Assembly: GCA_963822585.1 (NCBI GenBank)
Contig: CAWGIE010000008.1
Span: 63,226-127,225, forward strand
Reading direction: 5' to 3'
Length of the DNA: 64,000 nt
From: an uncultured bacterium
GTDB lineage: Bacteria; Auribacterota; Erginobacteria; Erginobacterales; Erginobacteraceae
The number at the start of each line of letters is the position of its first letter. Position 1 is the first letter of the stretch. The notes below the pieces were generated by a model that saw nothing but the letters and a program-made list of their open reading frames with translations, searched no databases and had not been told where the DNA came from. Below, piece by piece: positions 19,845 to 34,633 of this stretch. The position numbers were made by a program, and so were the translations under genes.

Positions 19845-20021
19845 TGGCCTGAGTGGATTCGTAACCAAGTGGTTCTGCGCCGGAGGCGCATCCGCCTCTG
19901 GCGCAGAATCCACTCAGGCCCATGGCCTGAGTGGATTCGGAAGTAGGTTTTTTTGTTCTTTTAAAAGTAGAATAGATTTGATACAACCATCCTTACATTT
20001 TTTGCGGTGCAAGAAATGTAA

Positions 20022-20094
20022 GGGGCTGTAGCTCAGATGGGAGAGCGCGGGCTTTGCAAGCCTGAGGTCAGGGGTTCGAACCCCCTCAGCTCCA
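20022..20094 (+). tRNA. tRNA-Ala (TGC), CCA not encoded
   Basis: GGGGCTGTAGCTCAGATGGGAGAGC...TTTGCAA...GTTCGAACCCCCTCAGCTCCA. Confidence 0.97.
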
Positions 20095-20263
20095 TGATCG
20101 TACATAAGACTGTCCCGTTCCGCGTCAGTTATGCGGACGCGGGCACGTTTTACGTTCTTTGACAATTTAGGTCAGGGTCTTAAGACATTCCGGTATCATT
20201 AATCTCCGGGAAGTCTTAAGTACTGCAAGAAGTCGAGGCGGATCGGTAAATATATTATTTACT

Positions 20264-23317
<3,054 letters not shown>

Positions 23318-23458
23318 GTAATTTTTCTTTCTTCGAAAGAAAAATTAGTGAAAAGCTTCTGACTCAAAACAGTAACCCTGACTTAAATTGGATTTGTGCT
23401 TTGGGGAAAAATTGTTGGCTTGAAAGAGCAATAATTTTTTTACGAAGCGAAAAAATTA

Positions 23459-23577
23459 GTCCCGTGACCATATCGAAGGGGAAACACCCGTTCCCATACC
23501 GAACACGGTCGTGAAGCCCTTCTGAGCCGATGGTACTTCCCGGGAAACTGGGGGGGAGAGTAGGTTGTTGCGGGGCT
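23459..23577 (+). rRNA. rrf: 5S rRNA
   Basis: CACCCGTTCCCATACCGAACACGG, GCCGATGGTAC, GAGAGTAGG; terminal stem gtcccgtgac/gttgcggggc. Confidence 0.96.
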
Positions 23578-23630
23578 ATTTTTTTGCCCGGATTCAACGG
23601 AATCCAGGCAAAAAAATAGTATTGTTCCCT

Positions 23631-23667
23631 ACCCCGGACGGAGTAAGCTCCGTCCGGGGTTTTTTTT
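23631..23667 (+). terminator. Intrinsic terminator of the rrn operon
   Basis: accccggacggag-taag-ctccgtccggggt followed by a T run. Confidence 0.85.
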
Positions 23668-23787
23668 CAAAGGAAATAACCCGGGTGTATTATGGAGCAT
23701 TCGGAGACCTGCCGGTAACCCGGTAATCCCACGTTATTCCTGGAATGCCATTTCCGGTCTATTTCCCTATGTAAGTACAGGAGACTA

Positions 23788-23816
23788 TTGACAGGAGAAG
23801 AGAAGTATCGTAGTTT
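23788..23816 (+). promoter_or_regulatory. Putative sigma70 promoter of the TA operon
   Basis: TTGACA-17 nt-TAGTTT. Confidence 0.45.
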
Positions 23817-23859
23817 AATAGTAGGATAATAAGATACTAATTATACTACGGAGGAAGCT

Positions 23860-24141
23860 ATGAAATTTGTACCGGTAAGGGATTTAAGAATCAAGCCCGG
23901 AGAAGTCTGGAAGAAGTTAGCGGCGGAAGACAATGTGGTAATTACCTCAAATGGCCGACCGAAGGCACTCATGATAAAAATAGATGAGGATACTTTTGAT
24001 GAATCAATAGCCGTATTACGTCGGGCCAAAGCCCTCATGGCTTTAGAGAGGCTTCATCGAACTGCCGTTTCGACCGGTCTTTCGAAGATGACGGCCCGGG
24101 AGATAGAGACGGAGATACATATGGCTCGCCGGGCGGAGTAA
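23860..24141 (+). CDS. Phd/YefM-family antitoxin
   Basis: VPVRDLR...VVITSNGRPKALM; RBS ggagg; directly upstream of a PIN gene. Confidence 0.8.
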   Translation: MKFVPVRDLRIKPGEVWKKLAAEDNVVITSNGRPKALMIKIDEDTFDESIAVLRRAKALMALERLHRTAVSTGLSKMTAREIETEIHMARRAE

Positions 24142-24143
24142 GA

Positions 24144-24554
24144 GTGAAGATAATTCTCGATACGAACATATTGGTTTCCGGCCTGCTGAATCCCCGGGGG
24201 AAACCCGCACGTATTCTCCGCCTTATTTTAAGCGGGTTGATAGATATTGCCGCTGACGAGCGGATTCTACTGGAGTATGAATCAGTATTAAAAAGACCGA
24301 AATTTTCAGCTATCAGGGAAGACGCGGAAATTGTCCTTAAAGAAATCCAGCTGTTGGCGGAGCGGATTGTGCCGATGCCGCTAAAAGTGAAAATTCCCCA
24401 CCCTGGTGATCTGCCCTTTCTCGAAGTAGCTCTTTCAGCCGGAGCGAAAGCGATTGTTACCGGTAATAAGCGTCATTTCCCCCCTGTTATATACGGAGGT
24501 GTAATGGTCTGGAGCCCGAAAGAAATGCTGGATAATGTAACCGAAGAGATGTAA
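24144..24554 (+). CDS. PIN-domain toxin (VapC-like)
   Basis: IILDTNILVSGL, EYESVLKRPKF, D..FLEVA, IVTGNKRHF. Confidence 0.85.
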   Translation: MKIILDTNILVSGLLNPRGKPARILRLILSGLIDIAADERILLEYESVLKRPKFSAIREDAEIVLKEIQLLAERIVPMPLKVKIPHPGDLPFLEVALSAGAKAIVTGNKRHFPPVIYGGVMVWSPKEMLDNVTEEM

Positions 24555-24755
24555 TCGGTCAAAACTCGGATTAAAGAGGCGCCTTTATTAAGCGCGCCTT
24601 TTTGTTTTATTGACGCGGGCCCTCTTTTATAGTATTGGTTTGTTTTATTTCTGATTTCCGAACAAAAAGCTGGCATTTTCGCCTTTTCGTCGGCGAGCCC
24701 CTGAAAGGTCTGATCGGTCCGACCAGTCCGTTAAGATCGAATGAGGAGGTCTGTC

Positions 24756-25046
24756 ATGTACGCCCAGTTGATCACTATCTCCATCAAACCGGACAAGATT
24801 GATGAATTCCAGGAACTCTACGAGGAGTATATCAATCCCGAGATCAGGGTGCAGAAAGGATATAAAAACTTCTACCTGCTGATTGATCGGAAGAAATCAA
24901 AGGCTTTATCTATTACCATTTGGGAAGATCAGACTTCTGCGGAAGCCAGCGAGGAGATTAATCTGTACCTTGAGCAGAGGGCTTCATATCCGCTCTACAG
25001 CGCTTCGCCGGTCCGTGAAGGATACGAAGTCGCCGTGAAAGACTGA
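24756..25046 (+). CDS. ABM-like (dimeric alpha/beta barrel) small protein
   Basis: IKPDKIDEF...QKGYKNFYLLIDR...SITIWE; RBS aggagg favours ATG 24756. Confidence 0.65.
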   Translation: MYAQLITISIKPDKIDEFQELYEEYINPEIRVQKGYKNFYLLIDRKKSKALSITIWEDQTSAEASEEINLYLEQRASYPLYSASPVREGYEVAVKD

Positions 25047-25266
25047 ACTAATATTTTTTCTTCGAAAAAATATTAGTTGGGAAGCTTTTGGCTTATAAAT
25101 AACGTATGCTTCAGGAGTAAAAAGTCGGCTTAGGTTATAATGCCTTTTAAAAGATGTTTCACCCCGAATCCTTCATCAGGGTCGTCTCGATGATAATATC
25201 ATGATTAAGCAATAGCTCCGACGAAGTCGGAGCCACTATTAAGTAGCGCCGGAGGCGCTAATTAAT

Positions 25267-25827
25267 ATGGCCAACGCCAACGATTTAAAAAAAGGTAACG
25301 CCGTCCGGTATAAAGATGATATCTGCCTTGTGCTCGACCTCGATCGAGTCAAGCCGGGGAAAGGGGGAGCCTTCGTTCAGGCGGTCCTGCGTAATCTGCG
25401 GACCGGGCGTTCCGCCCAGGTCAGGTTCTCGTCTACCGAGACGGTTGATCTGATTACCCTGGTTAGGAAGAAACTGGAATACAGCTACCGGGACAGCCAC
25501 GGCTATGTTTTTATGGACCCGGAGACATTCGATCAGATTACGGTTGATGGGAACCTGGTTGATTCATGCCGGGATTACATCGTCGAGGGGGGGGAATACG
25601 ACCTGGTCTTCGCCGAGGGGAATGTCCCCCTGCAGATAGAACTCCCTTCCAGCGTGGTGCTGAAGGTTGCCGAGGCGCCCGAAGGCGTCAAGGGAGACAG
25701 TGCCACCAATGTCCGGAAACCCGTCGTGCTGGAGACCGGCAAGGAAGTGAATGTCCCGCTCTTCATTCAGGAAGGGGAGAAGATAAAGATCGATACCCGG
25801 ACCGGAGAATATCTCGGCCGGGCGTGA
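25267..25827 (+). CDS. efp: Elongation factor P
   Basis: VKPGKGGAFVQ, FMDPETFDQI, VPLFI, DTRTGEYLGRA. Confidence 0.97.
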   Translation: MANANDLKKGNAVRYKDDICLVLDLDRVKPGKGGAFVQAVLRNLRTGRSAQVRFSSTETVDLITLVRKKLEYSYRDSHGYVFMDPETFDQITVDGNLVDSCRDYIVEGGEYDLVFAEGNVPLQIELPSSVVLKVAEAPEGVKGDSATNVRKPVVLETGKEVNVPLFIQEGEKIKIDTRTGEYLGRA

Positions 25828-26013
25828 TGAACAAAGAATGAACGTCGAACGTCCAACGTTCAACGTCGAACATTCAATGAATTCAGGCTGGGTCAAGTTC
25901 TAATAATCCCTTCCCATCACATTCAATCGTCTGTTCCAAAAGGGGCCGGGGGGGGGCAATTACACCCGGATCGTTTGTTAATGTAAAAATACCGAGAGGA
26001 GATATCAGATATC

Positions 26014-28104
26014 ATGGCGGAATATGAGGTTAAGGACATTCGAACCATCGGGATTTTCGGCGGGAACGGCTGCGGGAAAACCACTTTGGCGGACGCCCTG
26101 ATGTATAAGGCCGGGGCGAACACCCGCCAGGGGAGCGTGGATGAAGGCACCTCTCTCTCTGATACCGACGAGGAGGAAAAGGCCCGGAAAGGCAGTGTCC
26201 GCACCACCCCCTTAAACTGTTCCGTCGCCGGGAAGAATTTATTCCTTCTGGACACGCCGGGATATATGGACTTCTGGGGGGAGGTCATTGTGGCGCTGGA
26301 GGTGGTGGACAGTGTGCTGATCGTGGTGGACGGAACGGGCGAGATCGACACCGTCAGCCGGCGGATTTGGGACGAGGCCCGTTCCCGGAATCTACCGGTC
26401 GCTTTTTTCGTCAATAAGCTGGACAAGGAACATTCCCAGTTCTCGAAAGCTCTGGCCGGCATCCGCGATGAGCTGCGTGCCTCCGCTCTCCCCCTCTATC
26501 TCCCGGATGCAGATCACCCCTCCTTCTCCGGAGTCTGCGGGCTGCTCGACCGCGATGCCCCGGCCAAGATCGCCGGCGGTCTGAAAGATGAAATCGACGG
26601 TTTCCGGGAGAAGATGGTGGAAGTCGCCGCGGAGACGGATGACAGCCTGATCGAAAAATACCTGGAGAACGGTACCCTGGACCCCGGAGAAATCCGAAAT
26701 GGATTCCGGGCTGCTTTTGCCGGCGGTGGCGTCAATCCGATCTTCTGCGGCAGCGCCCTGACCGCCGTCGGGGTAGATGAACTTTTGAAAGGATTTTGCG
26801 ATCTCTTTCCCTCTCCCGCCGATCGGGGGGAGATAACAGTCGGAGAAGACACACTCGCCCCCGGAAAAGATGCTCCTTTTTGCGCCCGGGTCTTCAAGAG
26901 CATCATCGATCCTTTTGTCGGACAGCTCTCCTATCTCCGGGTCTGGTCAGGCACACTGGAAGCGGAATCGGAGATCTTCAACTCCGTCAGCGGCGCCCGG
27001 GAACGGGTCAGCCATTTATTCATCATCCAGGGCAAGGATCAGATAAAGATCTCTTCCGCCATCCCCGGGTACATCATTGCCCTGACCAAACTGAAGGAAA
27101 CATCGGTCGGAGATACCCTCTGCGGGGTGGGGAATAACTACCGGTTTCCCCCTTTCCGGTTTCCATCGCCGACCGCCCTGATGGCGGTGTATGCGAAAAA
27201 CCGGGGGGATGAAGATAAGATCGCCGAGGGACTGCACAAGCTGATAGACGAAGATCCGACCCTGAAAGGGCGCCGCGATCCCCTGACAAAAGAGTACGTC
27301 CTCTCCGGCATGGGGGAAGTCCAGATCCAGATCGTGGTCAACCGGCTTCGCAGTAACTTCAATGTTGATGTCGAATTGAAGACCCCGCGGGTTGCTTATA
27401 AAGAGACGCTGCGGGGAAGGGGAGATACCAAGTACCGGCACAAGAAGCAGACCGGGGGCGCGGGCCAGTTTGCCGAGGTCTGGATGCACGTTCAGGCATA
27501 CACCCCCGGGGCGGAGGACGCGGAAGGCAAGGCGAAAAGGGAGCTGATTGAGCTCCCCTGGGGGGGGAAGCTACTTTTCTCCGATGAAGTAGTGGGAGGC
27601 CACATACCGGGTCAGCTGGTGCAGAGCGTCAAGAAAGGCTTTCTGTCCGCCCTGGAGAGCGGAGTCCTCGCCGGATATCCCGTGATGGACGTTATCGCGA
27701 CCGTCTATGACGGCAAGACCCATCCGGTCGACTCCAAGGACATCGCCTTTCAGATCGCGGGGCGCCAGGGTTTCAAAGAGTGCGCCCGGAACGCCCAACC
27801 GGTTTTGATGGAGCCGATCATGAATGTCGCCATCACCGTCCCCACCGAATACATGGGTACCGTTACCGGCGATCTGAATTCCCGGCGCGGCCGCATCCTG
27901 GGGATGACGCCCGACGGTTCCCGCCAGATCGTGAGTGCCCAGGTGCCGATGGCGGAGATGTTGAAGTATACCCCGGAACTCCGTTCATTGACCGGGGGCA
28001 AAGGGGTTTTTACGATGGAGTTCGAGGGGTATGAGGAAGTCCCTGCCAATATCGCTCAAAAGGTAATCGCGCTGGCAAAGAAAGAAGAGGAAGAAGAGGG
28101 ATAG
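26014..28104 (+). CDS. fusA: Elongation factor G-like protein (EF-G2 paralogue)
   Basis: G1 GGNGCGKTT (divergent), DTPGYMDF, NKLD, HKKQTGGAGQF, GDLNSRRG; stands alone outside the str operon. Confidence 0.9.
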   Translation: MAEYEVKDIRTIGIFGGNGCGKTTLADALMYKAGANTRQGSVDEGTSLSDTDEEEKARKGSVRTTPLNCSVAGKNLFLLDTPGYMDFWGEVIVALEVVDSVLIVVDGTGEIDTVSRRIWDEARSRNLPVAFFVNKLDKEHSQFSKALAGIRDELRASALPLYLPDADHPSFSGVCGLLDRDAPAKIAGGLKDEIDGFREKMVEVAAETDDSLIEKYLENGTLDPGEIRNGFRAAFAGGGVNPIFCGSALTAVGVDELLKGFCDLFPSPADRGEITVGEDTLAPGKDAPFCARVFKSIIDPFVGQLSYLRVWSGTLEAESEIFNSVSGARERVSHLFIIQGKDQIKISSAIPGYIIALTKLKETSVGDTLCGVGNNYRFPPFRFPSPTALMAVYAKNRGDEDKIAEGLHKLIDEDPTLKGRRDPLTKEYVLSGMGEVQIQIVVNRLRSNFNVDVELKTPRVAYKETLRGRGDTKYRHKKQTGGAGQFAEVWMHVQAYTPGAEDAEGKAKRELIELPWGGKLLFSDEVVGGHIPGQLVQSVKKGFLSALESGVLAGYPVMDVIATVYDGKTHPVDSKDIAFQIAGRQGFKECARNAQPVLMEPIMNVAITVPTEYMGTVTGDLNSRRGRILGMTPDGSRQIVSAQVPMAEMLKYTPELRSLTGGKGVFTMEFEGYEEVPANIAQKVIALAKKEEEEEG

Positions 28105-28134
28105 AGCTTACTCGCCAAGCTCGTAAGCTCACAG

Positions 28135-28283
28135 ATCCTAATTTCTAATACCTAAATCCTAAATAATTTCAAATGGCCAAAATGAAAAATTCAAAATAGG
28201 CGCCTGGAGCCGGCGATGTTTGCAACATTCGGTTATTTGGATTTTGAATTTGTTTAGGATTTCGAAATTAGGATTTAGGATTT
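28135..28283. repeat. Family D-type inverted-arm element (TCCTAAA / TTTAGGA 7-mers)
   Basis: atcctaatttctaatacctaaatcctaaa ... tttaggatttcgaaattaggatttaggattt; a lone right arm occurs at about 48552-48607. Confidence 0.8.
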
Positions 28284-28361
28284 CCTCATTTTGGAAATGT
28301 ATATAGTGTTTGGGATAACCTAATAACATTAAAATTATTTAAGGAATGTTGGAGATAATCC

Positions 28362-29114
28362 ATGAGCGGTCATTCAAAATGGGCGAGCATCAAACATAAG
28401 AAAGGGGCGAAGGACGCGAAACGCGGAAAGCTTTTCAGCAAGCTTGTTAAAGAGATTACCGTGGCCGCCCGGCTTGGCGGAGGAGACATCGCCGCCAATA
28501 TCCAGCTGCGATCCATGATCCAGACTGCCCGGGACGCCAACATGCCGTTGGAGAATATCGACCGGGCCATTAAAAAAGGAACCGGCGAGCTGCCCGGGGT
28601 CAGTTACGAGGAATCAGTGTATGAGGGATACGGTCCGGGCGGCGTCGCTATCCTGATCCGGACGTTGACCGATAACCGGAACCGGACCATCGCCGAGATC
28701 AGGCACATCTTTGACCGGAAGGGGGGCAGCATAGCCGGCCCGGGCAGCGTATCATATCTGTTTGAGAAGAAAGGCGTTTTGAATGTGAGCGCCGCCGGGG
28801 TAGATGAGGAAGCGCTGTTCTCTCTGGTCCTGGAAGCGGGGGCGGAAGACTTCAAGGCCGAGGGGGACGAATTCGAGATTTATACCGATCCGTCCGACTT
28901 CGAGGCGGTGAAGAGCGCTCTGCAGGAGAAGGGGCATCGGATCATTCACGGAGAAGTCACCGAGATCCCCACCAATGAAGTTCCCGTCCAGGGGAATGAA
29001 GCGCGCCGTGTTCTCGGGCTGCTTGAAGAACTGGAAGATCATGACGATGTCCAGAATGTCTATTCCAACTGTGATATCCCCGAGGAGATTCTTGCCGAGA
29101 GCGAGTCGGAATAG
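28362..29114 (+). CDS. yebC: YebC/PmpR-family protein
   Basis: MSGHSKWASIKHKKG, YEGYGPGG, TDNRNRT, DDVQNVYSN. Confidence 0.96.
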   Translation: MSGHSKWASIKHKKGAKDAKRGKLFSKLVKEITVAARLGGGDIAANIQLRSMIQTARDANMPLENIDRAIKKGTGELPGVSYEESVYEGYGPGGVAILIRTLTDNRNRTIAEIRHIFDRKGGSIAGPGSVSYLFEKKGVLNVSAAGVDEEALFSLVLEAGAEDFKAEGDEFEIYTDPSDFEAVKSALQEKGHRIIHGEVTEIPTNEVPVQGNEARRVLGLLEELEDHDDVQNVYSNCDIPEEILAESESE

Positions 29115-29116
29115 CC

Positions 29117-29617
29117 GTGATCCCGAATGCCCTTCGCATCATCGCCGTCGATCCCGGAATTAATGTGACCGGTTATGGTGTTCTCGAGAAACAGGGTCAG
29201 GATATAATCCTTCTGGCCGCCGGTACGATTACCGGTACCAGGAGAAAAACTTCAGCGGAAAAGCTGGCCCGTATCCACTCCGCCATAGAGGAACTGCTCG
29301 ATCGTTATGATCCCCGGAGATTTGTTCTCGAAGACGTTTTTTATCATAAGAACATCAGATCGACATTAGCTCTGGGTGAGGTACGGGGTGTGTGCCGACT
29401 GGCCGCTGCGTGCCGGGATATCCCCATCTATACCTATGCCGCCCGCCGGGTCAAGAAATCCGTGGTCGGGAACGGCGCTGCTGATAAAAAACAGGTCCAG
29501 AAAATGGTTCAGGTTCTGCTGAAACTGGATGAGCCGCCGGCCCCGCTCGATGTCTCCGACGCTCTGGCCCTGGGAATTACCTATTTCCAAGACAGCAGTA
29601 TATCCGGGGAAAGATAA
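29117..29617 (+). CDS. ruvC: Holliday junction resolvase RuvC
   Basis: AVDPG..TGYGV, EDVFY, VKKSVVGNGAADK, DVSDALALG. Confidence 0.95.
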   Translation: MIPNALRIIAVDPGINVTGYGVLEKQGQDIILLAAGTITGTRRKTSAEKLARIHSAIEELLDRYDPRRFVLEDVFYHKNIRSTLALGEVRGVCRLAAACRDIPIYTYAARRVKKSVVGNGAADKKQVQKMVQVLLKLDEPPAPLDVSDALALGITYFQDSSISGER

Positions 29618-29629
29618 GAAGTTTGAACA

Positions 29630-30229
29630 ATGATTGAATACCTGAAAGGCACACTGATCAGCTCGGCTCCCGATTACGCCGTGGTGGAGGTAAACGATAT
29701 CGGCTATCGCCTCTTCATCCCGGTCAGCACGTTTGAACAACTTCCGGTCCCCGGAACGGCACTGACCATTCTTACTCATCTTTACGTTCGTGAAGATGAG
29801 CAAACTCTTTATGGTTTCGCCACCGGGGAGGAGAGAGAACTCTTCAGAATGCTTCTCGGTGTCTCGAGAATAGGACCGAGAGTAGCTCTCGGCGTGCTCG
29901 GCGGGATCCCTGTCTCCACCTTCCAGACGGCGGTTGTGTCCGGCGACATCGACCTCCTGGCTTCGATCCACGGAATCGGGAAAAAAACCGCGGAACGGCT
30001 GGTTCTCGAATTGAAGGATAAGATCACGCTCCTTCCCCGTCTCCGCGAAGCGGTGGGACAGGCCGGCCTTGATGGCGCCGAGGATAAAATCGCTGACGTG
30101 ATGCGGGCGCTGCTCTCTTTGGGCTACCGGCAGGTGGTTGCCCACAGAGCGTTGACGCAGGCCCTGGCCGCCTCCGAACCCGGTTGGCCGGTAGAAAGAT
30201 TGTTAAAGGAAGCATTGAAGTATCTATGA
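29630..30229 (+). CDS. ruvA: Holliday junction branch migration protein RuvA
   Basis: [35 protein letters not shown]. Confidence 0.96.
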   Translation: MIEYLKGTLISSAPDYAVVEVNDIGYRLFIPVSTFEQLPVPGTALTILTHLYVREDEQTLYGFATGEERELFRMLLGVSRIGPRVALGVLGGIPVSTFQTAVVSGDIDLLASIHGIGKKTAERLVLELKDKITLLPRLREAVGQAGLDGAEDKIADVMRALLSLGYRQVVAHRALTQALAASEPGWPVERLLKEALKYL

Positions 30230-31245
30230 GTGAACGGTTCATCAATCAGACACTGAAAGAACGGGACACGTTGTTCGATCAGAAGATTCGCCCCGCCGCC
30301 TTTGATCAGTTTACCGGCCAGGCCAAACTCAAGGAGCGGCTCCAGATCGCCCTCCAGGCCGCCCGGGGGCGGAACGAGCCCCTGGAGCACCTCCTCTTCT
30401 TCGGTCCTCCCGGACTCGGGAAGACTACCCTGGCTTATATCATCGCCGCGGAGATGAATTGTGATATCAAACCCACGTCGGGGCCCACCATCGATAAACC
30501 GGGAGATCTGGCGGGCCTTTTAACCAACCTCAAAGAGGGGGACATCCTGTTCATTGATGAGATACATCGCCTGACCCATATCGTGGAGGAATATCTTTAC
30601 CCGGCCATGGAGGATTTCGTGATCGATATCATGATCGATCAGGGCCCATCGGCCCGCTCGGTACGTCTCAATCTCGCTCATTTTACCCTCGTCGGCGCGA
30701 CCACCAGATACGGTCTGCTGACGGCGCCTCTGCGAAGTCGTTTCGGACTGGTCAACCGGCTGGATTTTTACCGGCCGGAAGAGCTGAAGGAGATTGTCCT
30801 CCGCTCGGCCGGTATTCTTCAGGTCGACATTACCGGGGATGGCGCCATGGAGATCGCCCGTCGCTCGCGGGGAACGCCCCGGATCGCCAATTCCCTTCTC
30901 AAGCGGGTGAGAGATTATGCCCAGGTCAGGGCGGACAACCGGATCACCCCGGAGATCGCTCATCTGGCCCTGAGCATGCTGGACGTCGATGAGAAAGGCC
31001 TTGATGAAATGGACAAGCGCATCCTGGAAACGATCATCTTGAAGTTTAACGGGGGGCCGGTCGGGATCGAGACCATCGCCGTCGCCATCGGCGAAGAATG
31101 CGAAACCCTGGCCGAAGTGTATGAACCGTACCTGATTCAGCAGGGATACCTCAAGCGCACCCGCACCGGCCGCTGCGCCACCCCTCTCGCTTACAGCCAC
31201 CTCGGTATTGACCTCCCTCCCTCATCTCAAGCCGAGATGTTTTAA
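30226..31245 (+). CDS. ruvB: Holliday junction branch migration helicase RuvB
   Basis: [33 protein letters not shown] overlap with the ruvA stop. Confidence 0.97.
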   Translation: MSERFINQTLKERDTLFDQKIRPAAFDQFTGQAKLKERLQIALQAARGRNEPLEHLLFFGPPGLGKTTLAYIIAAEMNCDIKPTSGPTIDKPGDLAGLLTNLKEGDILFIDEIHRLTHIVEEYLYPAMEDFVIDIMIDQGPSARSVRLNLAHFTLVGATTRYGLLTAPLRSRFGLVNRLDFYRPEELKEIVLRSAGILQVDITGDGAMEIARRSRGTPRIANSLLKRVRDYAQVRADNRITPEIAHLALSMLDVDEKGLDEMDKRILETIILKFNGGPVGIETIAVAIGEECETLAEVYEPYLIQQGYLKRTRTGRCATPLAYSHLGIDLPPSSQAEMF

Positions 31246-31321
31246 CCACGAAGATCACGAAGGAAATATAAATAGGTAAGACGGTGGTGATTCTTCCTGA
31301 TGCCTTCGTGTCCTTCGTGGT
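31245..31321. repeat. Family B inverted-arm element
   Basis: accacgaagatcacgaagg ... ccttcgtgtccttcgtggt. Confidence 0.85.
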
Positions 31322-31330
31322 TTCATACCA

Positions 31331-31885
31331 ATGTTAATGAAAATACTGATGCATATCTGCTGCGGGCCCTGCGCCACCTATCCCTTCAAGATCCTTTCCG
31401 AAGAGGGACATCAGGTTGACGGCTATTTCTATAACCCCAACATCCACCCTTACCGGGAACACCTCAAGCGCGAAGAAGCCGTCGCCCAGTACGCGAAAGA
31501 GACGGGCATGAAGGTAATCTTTTCTCCCCGCTATGATGTGAAAGAGTTCTTCCGTCTGACGGCTTTCCGGGAGGCTGACCGCTGCCGTTACTGTTATTAT
31601 CTGCGTCTGAGACAGGCCGCCGCGGTTGCCCGGAAAGGGCGCTACGATGCGTTTACCACCACTTTATTGATCAGCAAGCAGCAGAAGCATGAACTGGCCC
31701 GGAAGATCGCCGAAGACGTTTCCCGGGAGACGGGGGTCGAATTTCTCTACCGGGATTTTCGGGAAGGATGGAAGGAGCACTGGGAATTGACCGAGAAGTA
31801 CGGCCTCTACAAGCAGCAGTACTGTGGCTGCCTCTACAGCGAATACGAGCGTTTTAAATTTTCCGGGGAAAATTTAAAACAATGA
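31331..31885 (+). CDS. queH: Epoxyqueuosine reductase QueH
   Basis: HICCGPC, YNPNIHP, RC..C..LRL, QQYCGC; lies beside queA and tgt. Confidence 0.92.
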   Translation: MLMKILMHICCGPCATYPFKILSEEGHQVDGYFYNPNIHPYREHLKREEAVAQYAKETGMKVIFSPRYDVKEFFRLTAFREADRCRYCYYLRLRQAAAVARKGRYDAFTTTLLISKQQKHELARKIAEDVSRETGVEFLYRDFREGWKEHWELTEKYGLYKQQYCGCLYSEYERFKFSGENLKQ

Positions 31886-32919
31886 AGACTGCGGATTTCG
31901 ATTACGATCTTCCCCCCGAATTGATCGCCCAGCATCCTGCCGGGAAGAGAGAAGACGCCCGCCTGCTGGTTCTCGATAAAAAAACCGGGGATATCGCCCA
32001 CCGCGCTTTCCCGGATATACTGACCCATTTCCAGAAAGGAGACCTGCTGGTTCTCAATAATGCCCGCGTCATCCCCGCCCGGCTTTACGGGCGGAGAATA
32101 CCGACCGGCGGCAGAACGGAGATATTGCTCCTGCAACCGGCGGACGAAAGCGGCTGGGATGCCCTGATCAGACCCGCCCGCCGGGCCCGACCGGGGACGG
32201 AGATCGATTTCGGGAAAGGGATCATCGGCGTGATCCGGGAGCGGTCGGAGGGAAAGGTCATCATTGATTTTCCCGGGATCGGCGATATTCTCGAAGCGAT
32301 AGAAGAGGTCGGTCTTCCCCCCTTGCCTCCCTATATCAAGCGTGATCCGGAAAACTACCCCGACACCCTGCGTCGCCTTGACCGGGAGAGATACCAGACC
32401 ATCTTCGCGGAAAAACCGGGGGCCGTCGCCGCCCCGACCGCCGGTTTTCACTTTACCGGGGAACTTCTGGAGGCGGTCAGAAATAAGGGCGTGGGGATCG
32501 CCTCTGTCACGCTCTCCGTCGGCTACGGCACCTTCCAACCGGTCAAGTCCGATCTGGTGGAAGAGCACCGGATGCACGAAGAGCATTATGAGGTAAGCGA
32601 AGATACCGCGGACCGGATTAACGGCAGCCGGGGCCGGCTCTGGGTGGTAGGGACCACGACGGTGCGCGCCCTGGAGAGCGCCGCCCGGGATGACGGAAGC
32701 GTAAAACCCGGCGCCGCCTCAACCGGTATCTTTATCTATCCGGGCTACCGCTTCAAGACGGATTTTAACCTGATAACCAATTTCCACTTTCCCCGGTCCA
32801 CCTTGATCATGCTGGTCTCCGCCCTGGCGGGCAGAGAGAGGATGATGAATGCCTACCGGGAAGCGATCCGGGAGCGGTACCGTTTCTACAGTTACGGCGA
32901 CGCCATGCTGATCAAGTGA
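31882..32919 (+). CDS. queA: SAM:tRNA ribosyltransferase-isomerase
   Basis: FDYDLPPELIAQ, PLPPYI, YQT, AAPTAG, YRFYSYGDAM. Confidence 0.97.
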   Translation: MKTADFDYDLPPELIAQHPAGKREDARLLVLDKKTGDIAHRAFPDILTHFQKGDLLVLNNARVIPARLYGRRIPTGGRTEILLLQPADESGWDALIRPARRARPGTEIDFGKGIIGVIRERSEGKVIIDFPGIGDILEAIEEVGLPPLPPYIKRDPENYPDTLRRLDRERYQTIFAEKPGAVAAPTAGFHFTGELLEAVRNKGVGIASVTLSVGYGTFQPVKSDLVEEHRMHEEHYEVSEDTADRINGSRGRLWVVGTTTVRALESAARDDGSVKPGAASTGIFIYPGYRFKTDFNLITNFHFPRSTLIMLVSALAGRERMMNAYREAIRERYRFYSYGDAMLIK

Positions 32920-32961
32920 GGCAAATGAAAATTACTCGAAATAAAGTGGCCGGGTATCTGA

Positions 32962-34134
<1,173 letters not shown>

Positions 34135-34270
34135 GACAGGCTCCTCATTGTTTTATCAGTTGCGGGTTGCATGAAACGGCTGGTTGTAGTAGTATCGGCG
34201 CTTTTACGCCTTAAACAATATTTTTCAAACCATAATATCGTACTGACGATAGAGGGGTAAGGAGGTCAAT

Positions 34271-34627
34271 ATGCAGTATATACCAATCGCGATGGCGCCG
34301 GCCGGCGGCGGTGAAGGCGGCGGCATGGGATGCCAGCAAGGCGAGGGAGGAAAAGGCGGCCTGGGGGGGATGTTGATCCCCCTGATATTGATGTTCGCCG
34401 TCTTTTACTTTCTCCTCATCCGCCCCCAGCAGAAGCGGCAGAAAGAACATCAGAAGCTGGTCTCGGAACTCCAGAAAGGTGACCGGGTGATAACCACCGG
34501 CGGTATCCACGGGATCATCAGTAACGTGAAAGAGAAGACGATCAGCGTGAAAGTGGCCGATAATGTGAAACTGGAGATCAATCGTGCCAATGTCACCGCC
34601 GTTGAAAGTAAATCCGAAGAGAGCTGA
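34271..34627 (+). CDS. yajC: Preprotein translocase subunit YajC
   Basis: FYFLLIRPQQKRQK, GDRVITTGGIHG. Confidence 0.95.
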   Translation: MQYIPIAMAPAGGGEGGGMGCQQGEGGKGGLGGMLIPLILMFAVFYFLLIRPQQKRQKEHQKLVSELQKGDRVITTGGIHGIISNVKEKTISVKVADNVKLEINRANVTAVESKSEES

Positions 34628-34633
34628 TATATA

